From assembly GCA_963842945.1 (NCBI GenBank), contig CAWJIM010000019.1:685893-749892 (forward strand): DNA of 64,000 nt. Reading direction: 5' to 3'. The notes under the pieces are model-generated. The model did no database searches. It worked only from the letters and a program-made list of their open reading frames with translations, and had not been told where the DNA came from. Numbering within the stretch: position 1 is the first letter of the stretch; every line of letters starts with the position of its first letter. Positions 55,984-64,000 of this stretch are shown in pieces. Made by a program: the position numbers and the translations under genes. This DNA is from an uncultured Gemmatimonadales bacterium. GTDB taxonomy: Bacteria > Gemmatimonadota > Gemmatimonadetes > Gemmatimonadales > GWC2-71-9.

Positions 55984-56269
55984 GGTGGGCGACAGGCCTC
56001 AGACCCGAATGGTAGGTATCTGAACCGGCATGGTGCGATCTGCGAACAGCATGGCACACTAGAACTGTGCTCAAGCTGCACGGCGCCCGATGACGCGAGG
56101 ATGAACCTGGGGTGAAAACCCGATGACGGAAGGCATCTTCATGCTTGCTTCAGCCGGTACTACACTTCCCTCGAATGGTGAGAGCGGCTCTTGTTCTCAG
56201 AGAGCTCACCAGGGGACAAACCGCGTACCTTCGATTGATGTACAGCCTGGCGTTGAGAATTCCCCCGCC

Positions 56270-56449
56270 GCCCAAACCTCGCTCTGTGCGTATCTGACGG
56301 TGATCGCGCTGCCAGGGGTGGGACTGAATGGGGCGTTCGGCTGGTGGTGGGCAGATCCGGCGGCCGCGCTCGTCATGGTGCCCATCATCGGAAAGGAAGG
56401 CGTGGAAGGCCTGCGGGGCGACGCCGAATGCGAGTGCCACGCGCCTTGA
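56270..56449 (+). pseudogene. Cation transporter (CDF-like) C-terminal fragment
   Basis: QTSLCAYL...GWWWADPAAALVMVPII.KEG; no N-terminal part. Confidence 0.65.
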
Positions 56450-56660
56450 GATGAACCTGGGCTCCTTTCCGAGCCGTTCGCGCCCTGTCTCGGCGGGCAG
56501 GGTGGCGTCCCGTGAGAACAAAAAGGCAGCAGTCGCCTGGCTTCGGCTTTACGTGAGCCTGATAGGCGGGACACTCGAGAACCGCAGAATGCCTCCGTCT
56601 GCATGGCCAAGGCCGTGTCGGGGCCAGCTCGAGGGACGTTACCGATCAGCCCAGTCAGTC

Positions 56661-57311
56661 TTAGGCTGTGTCCCGCCGCCTGCATACCATCACCACCCAG
56701 ATAAGCGTGCGGCGGGACCGAAGCACCTGGAAGCCGGCCGTCCGCACCAGGGTCTCGATCCTGGTGACCGGATGAACAAAGGTGCGAAACGCGTTTCCTG
56801 TCCACCCGCGCCGTTGGTTCTGCCACCACGTGGCCGCCCGCACATACCAGCGGTCCTGCGGAAAGCTCAAGACGTAATACCGCTCGGCCTTCTCGGCCGA
56901 AAGCAAGACCAGCGGCTCAAGCTCAGGATAACAGCATACGACGCGATCCAGGGTCACCAGCTCGGCCGATCCCAGCTCCGATGCGAGGCTGACAAAATCG
57001 CCGTGCCGAAAGAGCACCCGGCCTTCGTGACCGCGGCGCGCGCTCTCCCGTTCGGCCGCGGCGACGTAGGCGGCTGCAGCTTCGAGATGCACGGCGCGCC
57101 CGACCCCGCGTTCCAGTAGCTCGTGGTGAAGGACGCCGATGCCAGCTCCGATATCGAGGAGTGTCCGCGGCGTGGCGGCGAGGTCGCTGAGGCTCTTCAG
57201 GATCAACCGGGCAGTCCCGCCCGGTCCCCGCTGCCGGTATTGGGCCAGCTCCGCTTGCGCTCGAGCCGGCGTGAAATGGCGATCCGTTGCGACACAATGG
57301 CAGCTGGGCAT
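56661..57311 (-). CDS. Class I SAM-dependent methyltransferase
   Basis: LLDIGAGIG, GDF, VTLDRVVCCYP. Confidence 0.9.
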   Translation of the reverse strand: MPSCHCVATDRHFTPARAQAELAQYRQRGPGGTARLILKSLSDLAATPRTLLDIGAGIGVLHHELLERGVGRAVHLEAAAAYVAAAERESARRGHEGRVLFRHGDFVSLASELGSAELVTLDRVVCCYPELEPLVLLSAEKAERYYVLSFPQDRWYVRAATWWQNQRRGWTGNAFRTFVHPVTRIETLVRTAGFQVLRSRRTLIWVVMVCRRRDTA

Positions 57312-57314
57312 CGC

Positions 57315-59635
57315 TCAGGTGGCGGAGCTACTCGAGGTGGCTCGTTCGCGTCGGAGCGCTCCGGCTCCGATGCGATCCAGCACCGCCTGCGCCGTACGCT
57401 CCTCCAGCGCCGCCTCGTCCGCATTTCCTAGCGCCGAGTACGCACGAGACAGCAGAAGTCTCGTCTGGGCAAGCTCGATCGGCAGGTCGATTTCGGCCCA
57501 GATCCGGCAGGCGCGTCGGAGGTGCAACACGGCCTGCTCGGCCTGACCACGCGCGAGCTCGACCCTGCCGCGCGCGAGAGCGGCCGAGGCCACGAGTGCG
57601 GGTGAGGTGTAGGTCGCGGTGATCGTCTCCAGCTCCGATACTGCCTCAGCCGCCGCGGCGATCTCACCACAGGCGACGCTGATCTCGACCAGGGCCGGCA
57701 GCAGCTTGGCCCGGTCGAGCGCCGTGAGCCCCGGCTCGATCAGGACCCGCTCGATCATCGAGCGCGCCGCCTCGGACTTCCCCTCCGCCAACCGCAGCAG
57801 GGCCAGACCGGGCTGCGGATCCCGGCCTCGTGCATGCGCCTCGCTGAACATCTCGCCGGCACCGGGCAGATCGCCCATGCGCAGGCGGATCTCACCGAGC
57901 TCGTAGAAAGCCTCACCCGCGACGTCGGCCATGAAATCCACCAGCTCCTCGGCCGCGCGCCGCGCCTCGCTGTTCCGCCTCCGTCAGCGAGCCCCTCAGC
58001 CGAAGAATTCCGGCCCGGTGAACGCGGCAGATGCCAGGATATCCCGAGTCGGCGTGCGGTTCGCACCAGCTGTGTGCGGCATCGTACCACTCCGCCGCCC
58101 GGCCGAAATCTCCCAGCCGCTCGCAGGTACTCATCATGTTGCAGTAGGCACGCCCGGTCGTACGTGGCGTCAGCTCGCCGGCGGTCGCGGCGGTCATCGC
58201 CTCGTCGATGAGCGCCATTCCCTCCTTTACCCGCCCAAGCGCCACCAGGGCCCGGCCTCGGTCCTGCAACGCCAACGCTTCGAGATCGGTATCGCCGACC
58301 CGCCGAGCGATCTCGAGCGCCCGGTCCGCATATTCCATGGCCTCTTCCGGGTTCCGTTCAGCCTCCAGGGCGACCACGAACCTGAGCCGGTAAAGCCAGC
58401 CGCGTTCGGGCACGTCTGGAAGGCCCTCCAGATGTCGCTCAGCGCGGCGAAGCCATCCCTGCCCGACGGACCGAGCCAGTCGATGGAAATAGTCCTCCGC
58501 CAGTGCGAGCGCAACCCACGCCGCGGCGCGAGGCTCGCCGCGGTGGAGGTATTGCCGGTACGCCCGTTCCCGCGCGCGTACGCACGCGGTTCCATCCGAC
58601 AGCCACCACGCGGCCTCCGCGAGCCGCTCCAGGTCTTCGGCCTCCAACTCTGCCGGCGGCATCCGCTGCGCGGAGGCCGTCGTAGGCCTCGCGCCAAGCG
58701 GCGCGTGCGAAGGCCGCCCTGGCCGGTTCGAGATGCGTCGGCGACCAGCCGGCCCGGACGTCGCGATGCACGATGGCCACCGATCAGGGCTCCGACAGGG
58801 CGGTCGCCTGCAACACACCGCACAGCGCGTCGGCCGAGTCCCAGCGCTCGGCCGGATCCTTGCGCAGGCATCGCGCGATCAAGGACGCGAGCGGGGCCGG
58901 CACTTCGGGCCGCCGCCGGGCGATCGGCTCCGGCTCCCGGATGGCGTGGGCAGCGAGCAGGAGCCCGAGCGGAAGGTTCGGCGAAGGGCGGCTCGCCGGC
59001 GAGTAGCTCGTAGGCCAGGATGCCAAAGGCGTAGATATCTGCCCGGTGGTCGGTTGCCGGATCGGCTTCTGCCTGCTCGGGGGCCATGTAGGTCGGGGTT
59101 CCGACCACCAGCCCCGCGGTCGTCTGATACTGATTGGCCGCGCGCATCGAGCGGCTTCGCAACGCCGAAGTCGGCGAGGAAGACGTTCTCCTGGCTGAGC
59201 AAGACGTTCTCCGGCTTGACATCGCGGTGGACGACCCCGCGCCGGTGGGCGTATGCCAGGGCCCGAGCTATGTAGCCCAGAATGCGCACAGGCCTCGGGG
59301 ATCGGAAGCGCTCCTGTGCGCTGCAGCCGCTGGCGCAGGGTTTCGCCCTCCACGTAGGGCATCGTGAACCAGAGCACTCCCGCGTCGGCGCCAGAGTCAT
59401 AGACCGGGAGGATCTGCGGGTGCTGTAGCTGTGCCGCGACGCGAATTTCGCGCTGGAAGCGTTCCGGGCCGAGAGTCGCGGCCAGCTCAGGATGCAGCAC
59501 CTTGACCGCGATCGGTCGATCGTGCCGAAGGTCCTGGGCGAGGTACACCGTCGCCATGCCACCGCGGCCGAGCTCACGCTGGAGTGAGTAGCGGCCCGCA
59601 AGGGCGACGTTGAGACGGTCCAAGACATCAATCAT
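57315..59635 (-). CDS. Ser/Thr kinase fused to a MalT/LuxR-type TPR region (frameshifts)
   Basis: [22 protein letters not shown]; then [37 protein letters not shown]. Confidence 0.85.
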
Positions 59636-59690
59636 GCAACGCAGCGAGCCAGCGAAGGCGATGCGACGTTTCACGGGTGGTCCCTCCGAA

Positions 59691-60974
59691 TCAACGAGAG
59701 CGGAGCGTCTCGGGCATCCGCACGACCACCAGCAGACCCGAGGCGAAGGTGAGCAGGGCAACGGCGCCGATCGACCATGCCATGCCGAAGAGGTCGGCCA
59801 GGGCGCCGGCGAGCAGCGCCCCCACGGCATACCCGCTGTCGCGCCAGAGGCGGTAGACGCCCACCGCCGAGGCCCGCCAGCGCGGGTGCGCCACGTCGCC
59901 GACGGCGGCCAGCAGCGTGGGGTAGACCATCGCGGTGCCCACGCCGAGCAACGCGGCCGCGCCGACCCAGGGCCAGAACCCGCGGACGAGCGCGATCGCG
60001 GCCAGGGCCCCACTCTGCACGAGCATGCCGCCCGCGATCAGCCGCTTGCGACCCCAGCGGTCGGAGAGCGCACCCGTCCAGAGCTGGAGCAGGCCCCACA
60101 CGGCCGGATAGGTGAAGCTGAGGATTCCGATCTGGGCCACGTCCAGCCCCGCCGCGGCGAAGAAGAGGGGGAACAGGCCCCAGGCGAGGCCGTCGTTCAG
60201 GTTGTTGACCATCCCCGCCTGGCTCGCGCTGGAGAGGGCGGGATCGCGCCAGCTCGCCCGCGCGAAGATCTCGCGCGTGGAGAGCTCCGCGCGGTGGCCC
60301 GCCACGTCCGAGAGCGACGGGAAGTCCTTGGCCTCGAGCGCCACATGGTGGCGCGTCTCGCGGACGAAGAGCAGCGAGAGGGCGAGGCCCGCGGCGGCAC
60401 AGGCGATCCCCAGGTAGAACGGCTCGGGCCGCAGCCCGTACGCCTGGGCCAGGTACCCGGTGCCGAGCGCCGCCAGGGCCACGGCGAGGTACCCGGCGAA
60501 CTCGTTGAGCCCCATCGCCAATCCGCGCTGCTCCGGTCCCACCAGGTCCATCTTCATGATGACCGTCGTGGACCATGCGAGCCCCTGGTTGAGGCCCAGC
60601 AGCACGTTCGCGAAGACGATCCATGACCAGCTGGGCGCCCAGATCACCAGGAATGGGACCGGCAGCCCGACGAGCCAGCCAGCCAGGAGGACGTGCTTGC
60701 GGCCGTAGATGTCGCTCAGCCGCCCGGCAAAGAAGTTGGTAAGCGCCTTGACCACGCCGAAGGTGGCGATGAAGGAGAGCACGGCACTCTTGCTGGCCAG
60801 GCCGAACTCCGCCTGCGCCAGCAGGGGAAGCACGGTTCGCTCCATGCCCACCATCGCGCCCACGAACGCGTTGACCAGCACCAACAGCCAGAACTGGCGC
60901 CAGTTGGCCCGCAGACCGAGCGCGACGGCGGGTGCGGGGTCTGCCTGCCGGATCGGCGTGGAGGCGACGCTCAT
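59691..60974 (-). CDS. MFS transporter
   Basis: NAFVGAMVGMERTVLP, GRLSDIYGRK, YRLWRDSGY. Confidence 0.93.
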   Translation of the reverse strand: MSVASTPIRQADPAPAVALGLRANWRQFWLLVLVNAFVGAMVGMERTVLPLLAQAEFGLASKSAVLSFIATFGVVKALTNFFAGRLSDIYGRKHVLLAGWLVGLPVPFLVIWAPSWSWIVFANVLLGLNQGLAWSTTVIMKMDLVGPEQRGLAMGLNEFAGYLAVALAALGTGYLAQAYGLRPEPFYLGIACAAAGLALSLLFVRETRHHVALEAKDFPSLSDVAGHRAELSTREIFARASWRDPALSSASQAGMVNNLNDGLAWGLFPLFFAAAGLDVAQIGILSFTYPAVWGLLQLWTGALSDRWGRKRLIAGGMLVQSGALAAIALVRGFWPWVGAAALLGVGTAMVYPTLLAAVGDVAHPRWRASAVGVYRLWRDSGYAVGALLAGALADLFGMAWSIGAVALLTFASGLLVVVRMPETLRSR

Positions 60975-60978
60975 CGGC

Positions 60979-61725
60979 TCAGGCTTCTACTGGCAGGGGC
61001 AGGCCGAGATTCGCTGCCCGGATCTCCCGGGCACGCTCCGGGCGAGGGGGAATTTCCTGGAGCATCAGCCGCACGAACGACTCCTCGTCCATGAGCGAGA
61101 AGGCGCGGTTGAAGCGGCGCTCGAAGCCGATCGTGCTGGTGGGCTTGCCGCTCAGGCCTCGGCCGCAGACGGACCCGGCGAACGCGCCCGGCAGCACCTC
61201 CAGATAGTCGGGCAAGGCGCGCAGCCGCTCGGCGCTCCGGAACAGCGCGCGGGCGCCCGCCTCCGCGCTCGAGGCGAGCTCGGTGCGGCCCATGTCGCCC
61301 ACCATGAGCGTATGCCCGGTGAGGACGAACCAGGGCTCGGGACCGCGCGTCCGATCCGTCACCACGAGCGCCAGATGCTCGGGCGTGTGGCCGGGCACGT
61401 GGAGCACCCGGGCGTCCACGTTGCCGAGCGGGAGGACGTCGCCATCCTCCACCGCGCGGAACGGAAACCGGGCCCCGGCAGAGGCGTGCAGGATGTACTC
61501 GGCACCCGCCGCCGCGGCCAGCTCACGGCCGGCAGAGAGATGGTCGGCGTGCACGTGCGTGTCGATGACGTAGCGCAGCCGGAGCCCCACGGCAGCGGCC
61601 GCTTCGAGGTAGCGCTCGGGCTCGCCCACGGGATCAACGACCGCACCAGCGGCATGACCGCCGCAGCCGAAGAGATACGACGCGGCGATCACCGGGTCGG
61701 TGTGCAGATACTGGCGCAGGATCAT
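60979..61725 (-). CDS. MBL-fold metallo-hydrolase, persulfide-dioxygenase-like
   Basis: DTHVHADHLS, PGHTPEH, GSVCG, STIGFE. Confidence 0.88.
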   Translation of the reverse strand: MILRQYLHTDPVIAASYLFGCGGHAAGAVVDPVGEPERYLEAAAAVGLRLRYVIDTHVHADHLSAGRELAAAAGAEYILHASAGARFPFRAVEDGDVLPLGNVDARVLHVPGHTPEHLALVVTDRTRGPEPWFVLTGHTLMVGDMGRTELASSAEAGARALFRSAERLRALPDYLEVLPGAFAGSVCGRGLSGKPTSTIGFERRFNRAFSLMDEESFVRLMLQEIPPRPERAREIRAANLGLPLPVEA

Positions 61726-62466
61726 GAGCGGCGTCCTCCCCGGTGTCGCGTAGCGCGCGCAGGGACCGTCTCGATGGGGGCGGGCTCACTGCGAGCGGGA
61801 TCATGGTCGACGGGGTAGCCGCGGGCGCGCCACGCGGGGATGCTCTCGATGAGCCGGCGGGCACGGTATCCGCGCTGGCGCAGGAGCTCGACCGCCGTGA
61901 CCGCCATGACGCAGTACGGGCCGCGGCAGTAGGCCACGATCTCCTTGCGTTTGGGAAGCTCGCGGAGGCGGTCCGCCAGCTCGGCCACGGGCACCGAAAG
62001 AGCACCCGGGATGTGCCCGGCGGCAAACTCGTCCCCCGGCCGGACGTCGATGAGCGTCACATCGCCTGCGTTCAGGCGGCGCCGAAGTTCCTCGGGCGGG
62101 ATGGGCTCGAGTGCTGTCGCGTCGCTCGAGGTACGACTCGGCGACCTCCCGGACCTCGGCGTAGCGGTGGCGGCCGAGGGCCTGGAGGGCGAGGAGGAAG
62201 GCGGCCACGGCTTCGTCAGCAAGGCGGTACCAGACGTACGTGCCGTCGCGCCGGGTCTCGACGAGCCGCGCTTGCCGGAGCGCGCGCAGGTGAGCACTCG
62301 TATTCTTGACCGCGGTCGCGGTCTGCTCGGCGAGCTGTTCAACGGTCTTCTCGCCCTGGCCCAGGAGATCGAGCAGCTCGAGTCGCTTGGGGCTCGAGAC
62401 CGCCTGGCCGATCCGGGCGAACTGGGTGTACAGGGCATCCTTGAAGGCGCGATGGTCGGTGGGCAT
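61722..62466 (-). CDS. ArsR-rhodanese fusion regulator (frameshift near 62120)
   Basis: SPKRLELLDLLGQGEKTVE HTH; IDVRP..EF..GHIPGA, YCRGPYC. Confidence 0.9.
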
Positions 62467-62479
62467 GGGGCCTCTTGAC

Positions 62480-62501
62480 TATTCTAAGATTCAATAGAAT
62501 A
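62480..62501. promoter_or_regulatory. Inverted-repeat operator TATTCTA-N8-TAGAATA
   Basis: Perfect 7-bp arms directly upstream of the ArsR-rhodanese RBS. Confidence 0.7.
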
Positions 62502-62587
62502 CTAGAACATGCTCACCGCTCGCGTCAAGTCCACGTCGTCCGGCTGGATGGTGGGCGCGGCCGGACGGCTCCTCCGAGGGGTACACC

Positions 62588-63076
62588 ATGAGGTACGCAC
62601 TGCTTCTTGTCGCCGCCATCCTGCCACTCGGCGCGCTCGCCGCTCAGGAGTCCCAGTCACCCAGCGCCAAGCCCGCCAGGCGCACGTCATCACGCCTGCA
62701 GGACCTGAACTGGGGCCCGGCGCCGGCGATCCTCCCAGCCGGGGCCCGCTTGGCGGTGCTCGAGGGAGATCCTTCGAAAGCCGGACCGTTCACCATGAGG
62801 CTCGAGATGCCCGCAGGGTATCGCATTCCACCGCACTTTCACCAGGTCGACGAGCACGTCACCGTGATCTCCGGCGCCTTCCAGGTGGGGATGGGCGACA
62901 CGTTCGACGAGGGCAAGCTCACCACGCTGCCCCCTGGCACCTTCGGGGTCATTCCGCCCGGCATGCGGCACTTCGCCCGCGCCGACAAGGCCACGGTAAT
63001 TCAGTTGCATGGCGTGGGACCCTGGGGGCTCACCTACGTCAATCCGGCCGATCAACCGAAAGCCGCAAGCAGGTGA
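62588..63076 (+). CDS. Secreted cupin domain protein
   Basis: Signal peptide, AVLEGDP, IPPHFH..DEHVTVISG, QLHGVGPW. Confidence 0.88.
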   Translation: MRYALLLVAAILPLGALAAQESQSPSAKPARRTSSRLQDLNWGPAPAILPAGARLAVLEGDPSKAGPFTMRLEMPAGYRIPPHFHQVDEHVTVISGAFQVGMGDTFDEGKLTTLPPGTFGVIPPGMRHFARADKATVIQLHGVGPWGLTYVNPADQPKAASR

Positions 63077-63181
63077 GGCGCACGAGCGCTAGTCCGGGCT
63101 GATGAGAAAGATCGCCGAGACGTAGGTGCTGAAGGCGTCTGCGGAATGGCTCGATCGAGCGCCGACCGGCGCGGTTGCGTC

Positions 63182-63310
63182 CATGCAGCTGAGTGGCCGG
63201 AGGCGTCCCGAGCTCCGCTCGGGCGGCTCGTCCCTTTGGGACGAGGCGGAACGAAGGATTGTGCGGGCGCTGGGCATGAGAGCCCGCAGCTGATCCGCAG
63301 GTCGTTAGGC
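63182..63310 (+). mobile_element. Integron attC-like site (R'' box degenerate)
   Basis: CATGCAGCTGA (L'') ... GCAGCTGATCCGCAGGTC-GTTAGGC (L', R'). Confidence 0.7.
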
Positions 63311-63335
63311 GGACAGCACAAGGTCAGGGGTGACC

Positions 63336-63985
63336 GTGGATTGTTGCTCTACCGAAGCACTGGAACGGCAATTCGGGCCCAAGGTGGCTGCCGCTGAATT
63401 GCGGCGGTACCGCCGGCGGGGCCCTGGCCGCACCACTCGGCTGCTCCTTAAGGGTTTGCGTGGTCACCTGTCCGCCGACACGAGCTCCTCGACATTGGCG
63501 GGGGGATAGGTGCCCTTCACCACGAACTCCTAGCCGGCGGCGTAGCGCGGGCCTGGGCAGTGGAGCCTTCGGCGGCCTTCTTGTAAGCCGACATGGCCGA
63601 GGCGCGGCGGCAGGGACACTCCGACCGTGTCGAGTTCATCCATGACGATATCCGGGCCGCGGCGGCCACCTTGCCGAGCGCGGACATTGTCACCCTTGAT
63701 CGCGTGGTCTGTTGTGATCCGGATTATGAGCACCTTCTTCGACTGTCCCTCGGTAAAGCGCGTCGGCTCTTTGCCTACAGCTATCCGCGTGATTGGGGCG
63801 CCGTGCGGGCGGTGGTCGCGGTGTTGAACATGCAGCTGTGGCTTCGCCGGACCGGCTTCCGAGTGTTCGTCCATCCGCCGGAGCGCATGACGGCACTTAT
63901 TCGAGCTGCGGGCTTCAGAACGGTGTTTCAAGCGCGAACACTGGTCTGGCAAGTGGACGTCTATACGCGCGCGGCTATCGCCTAA
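63336..63985 (+). pseudogene. SAM methyltransferase gene cassette, paralog of 56661-57311, with a frameshift and an internal TAA
   Basis: MDCC..., LLDIGGGIG, VTLDRVVCC; TAA at 63584-63586; stop codon lies within GCCTAAC. Confidence 0.75.
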
Positions 63986-64000
63986 CCCGCGCCACGCGCC

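Noticed and set aside
63089..63277. Minus-strand ORF as an integron integrase fragment
   Set aside because: No convincing HxLRH or catalytic motif, and it overlaps the attC-like site.
63584..63586. In-frame stop in the methyltransferase as a recoding event
   Set aside because: It is TAA, not TGA or TAG, with no evident downstream recoding hairpin; a mutation or read error is more likely.

Overview
GC-rich bacterial DNA, probably Gemmatimonadota (inferred from the Ser/Thr kinase-TPR, ADOP permease and lipoprotein families). Many single-base frameshifts suggest long-read assembly errors. 1-12.6 kb is core-like: peptidase, ATP-grasp ligase, DUF885, nucleotidyltransferase, an F0+delta ATP synthase operon and MoxR. 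The main observation is a cation/proton antiporter-rhodanese fusion (minus strand, 26168->24552) whose rhodanese domain continues in frame through a TGA at 24687-24689. The TGA sits in a YC-T-U motif and is followed by a SECIS-like hairpin, so this is a probable selenoprotein. The segment from that TGA to the stop codon occurs three times as direct repeats (12656-12784, 19659-19802, 24552-24689). These repeats bracket two tandem islands, a copper-resistance module and a kinase/response-regulator module, which appear to have integrated at the Sec codon/SECIS while each supplying a new in-frame 3' end. The copper module starts with a CxxC/poly-Pro leader ORF whose stop region can pair with the next gene's RBS. 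The right half is accessory: kinases, small cassette-like genes, an ArsR-TolC-RND-DUF2892 system, Met-rich lipoproteins, an ArsR-rhodanese/MBL/MFS operon and an integron-type attC with a methyltransferase cassette at the window end. No rRNA, tRNA, CRISPR array, integrase or transposase was recognised.
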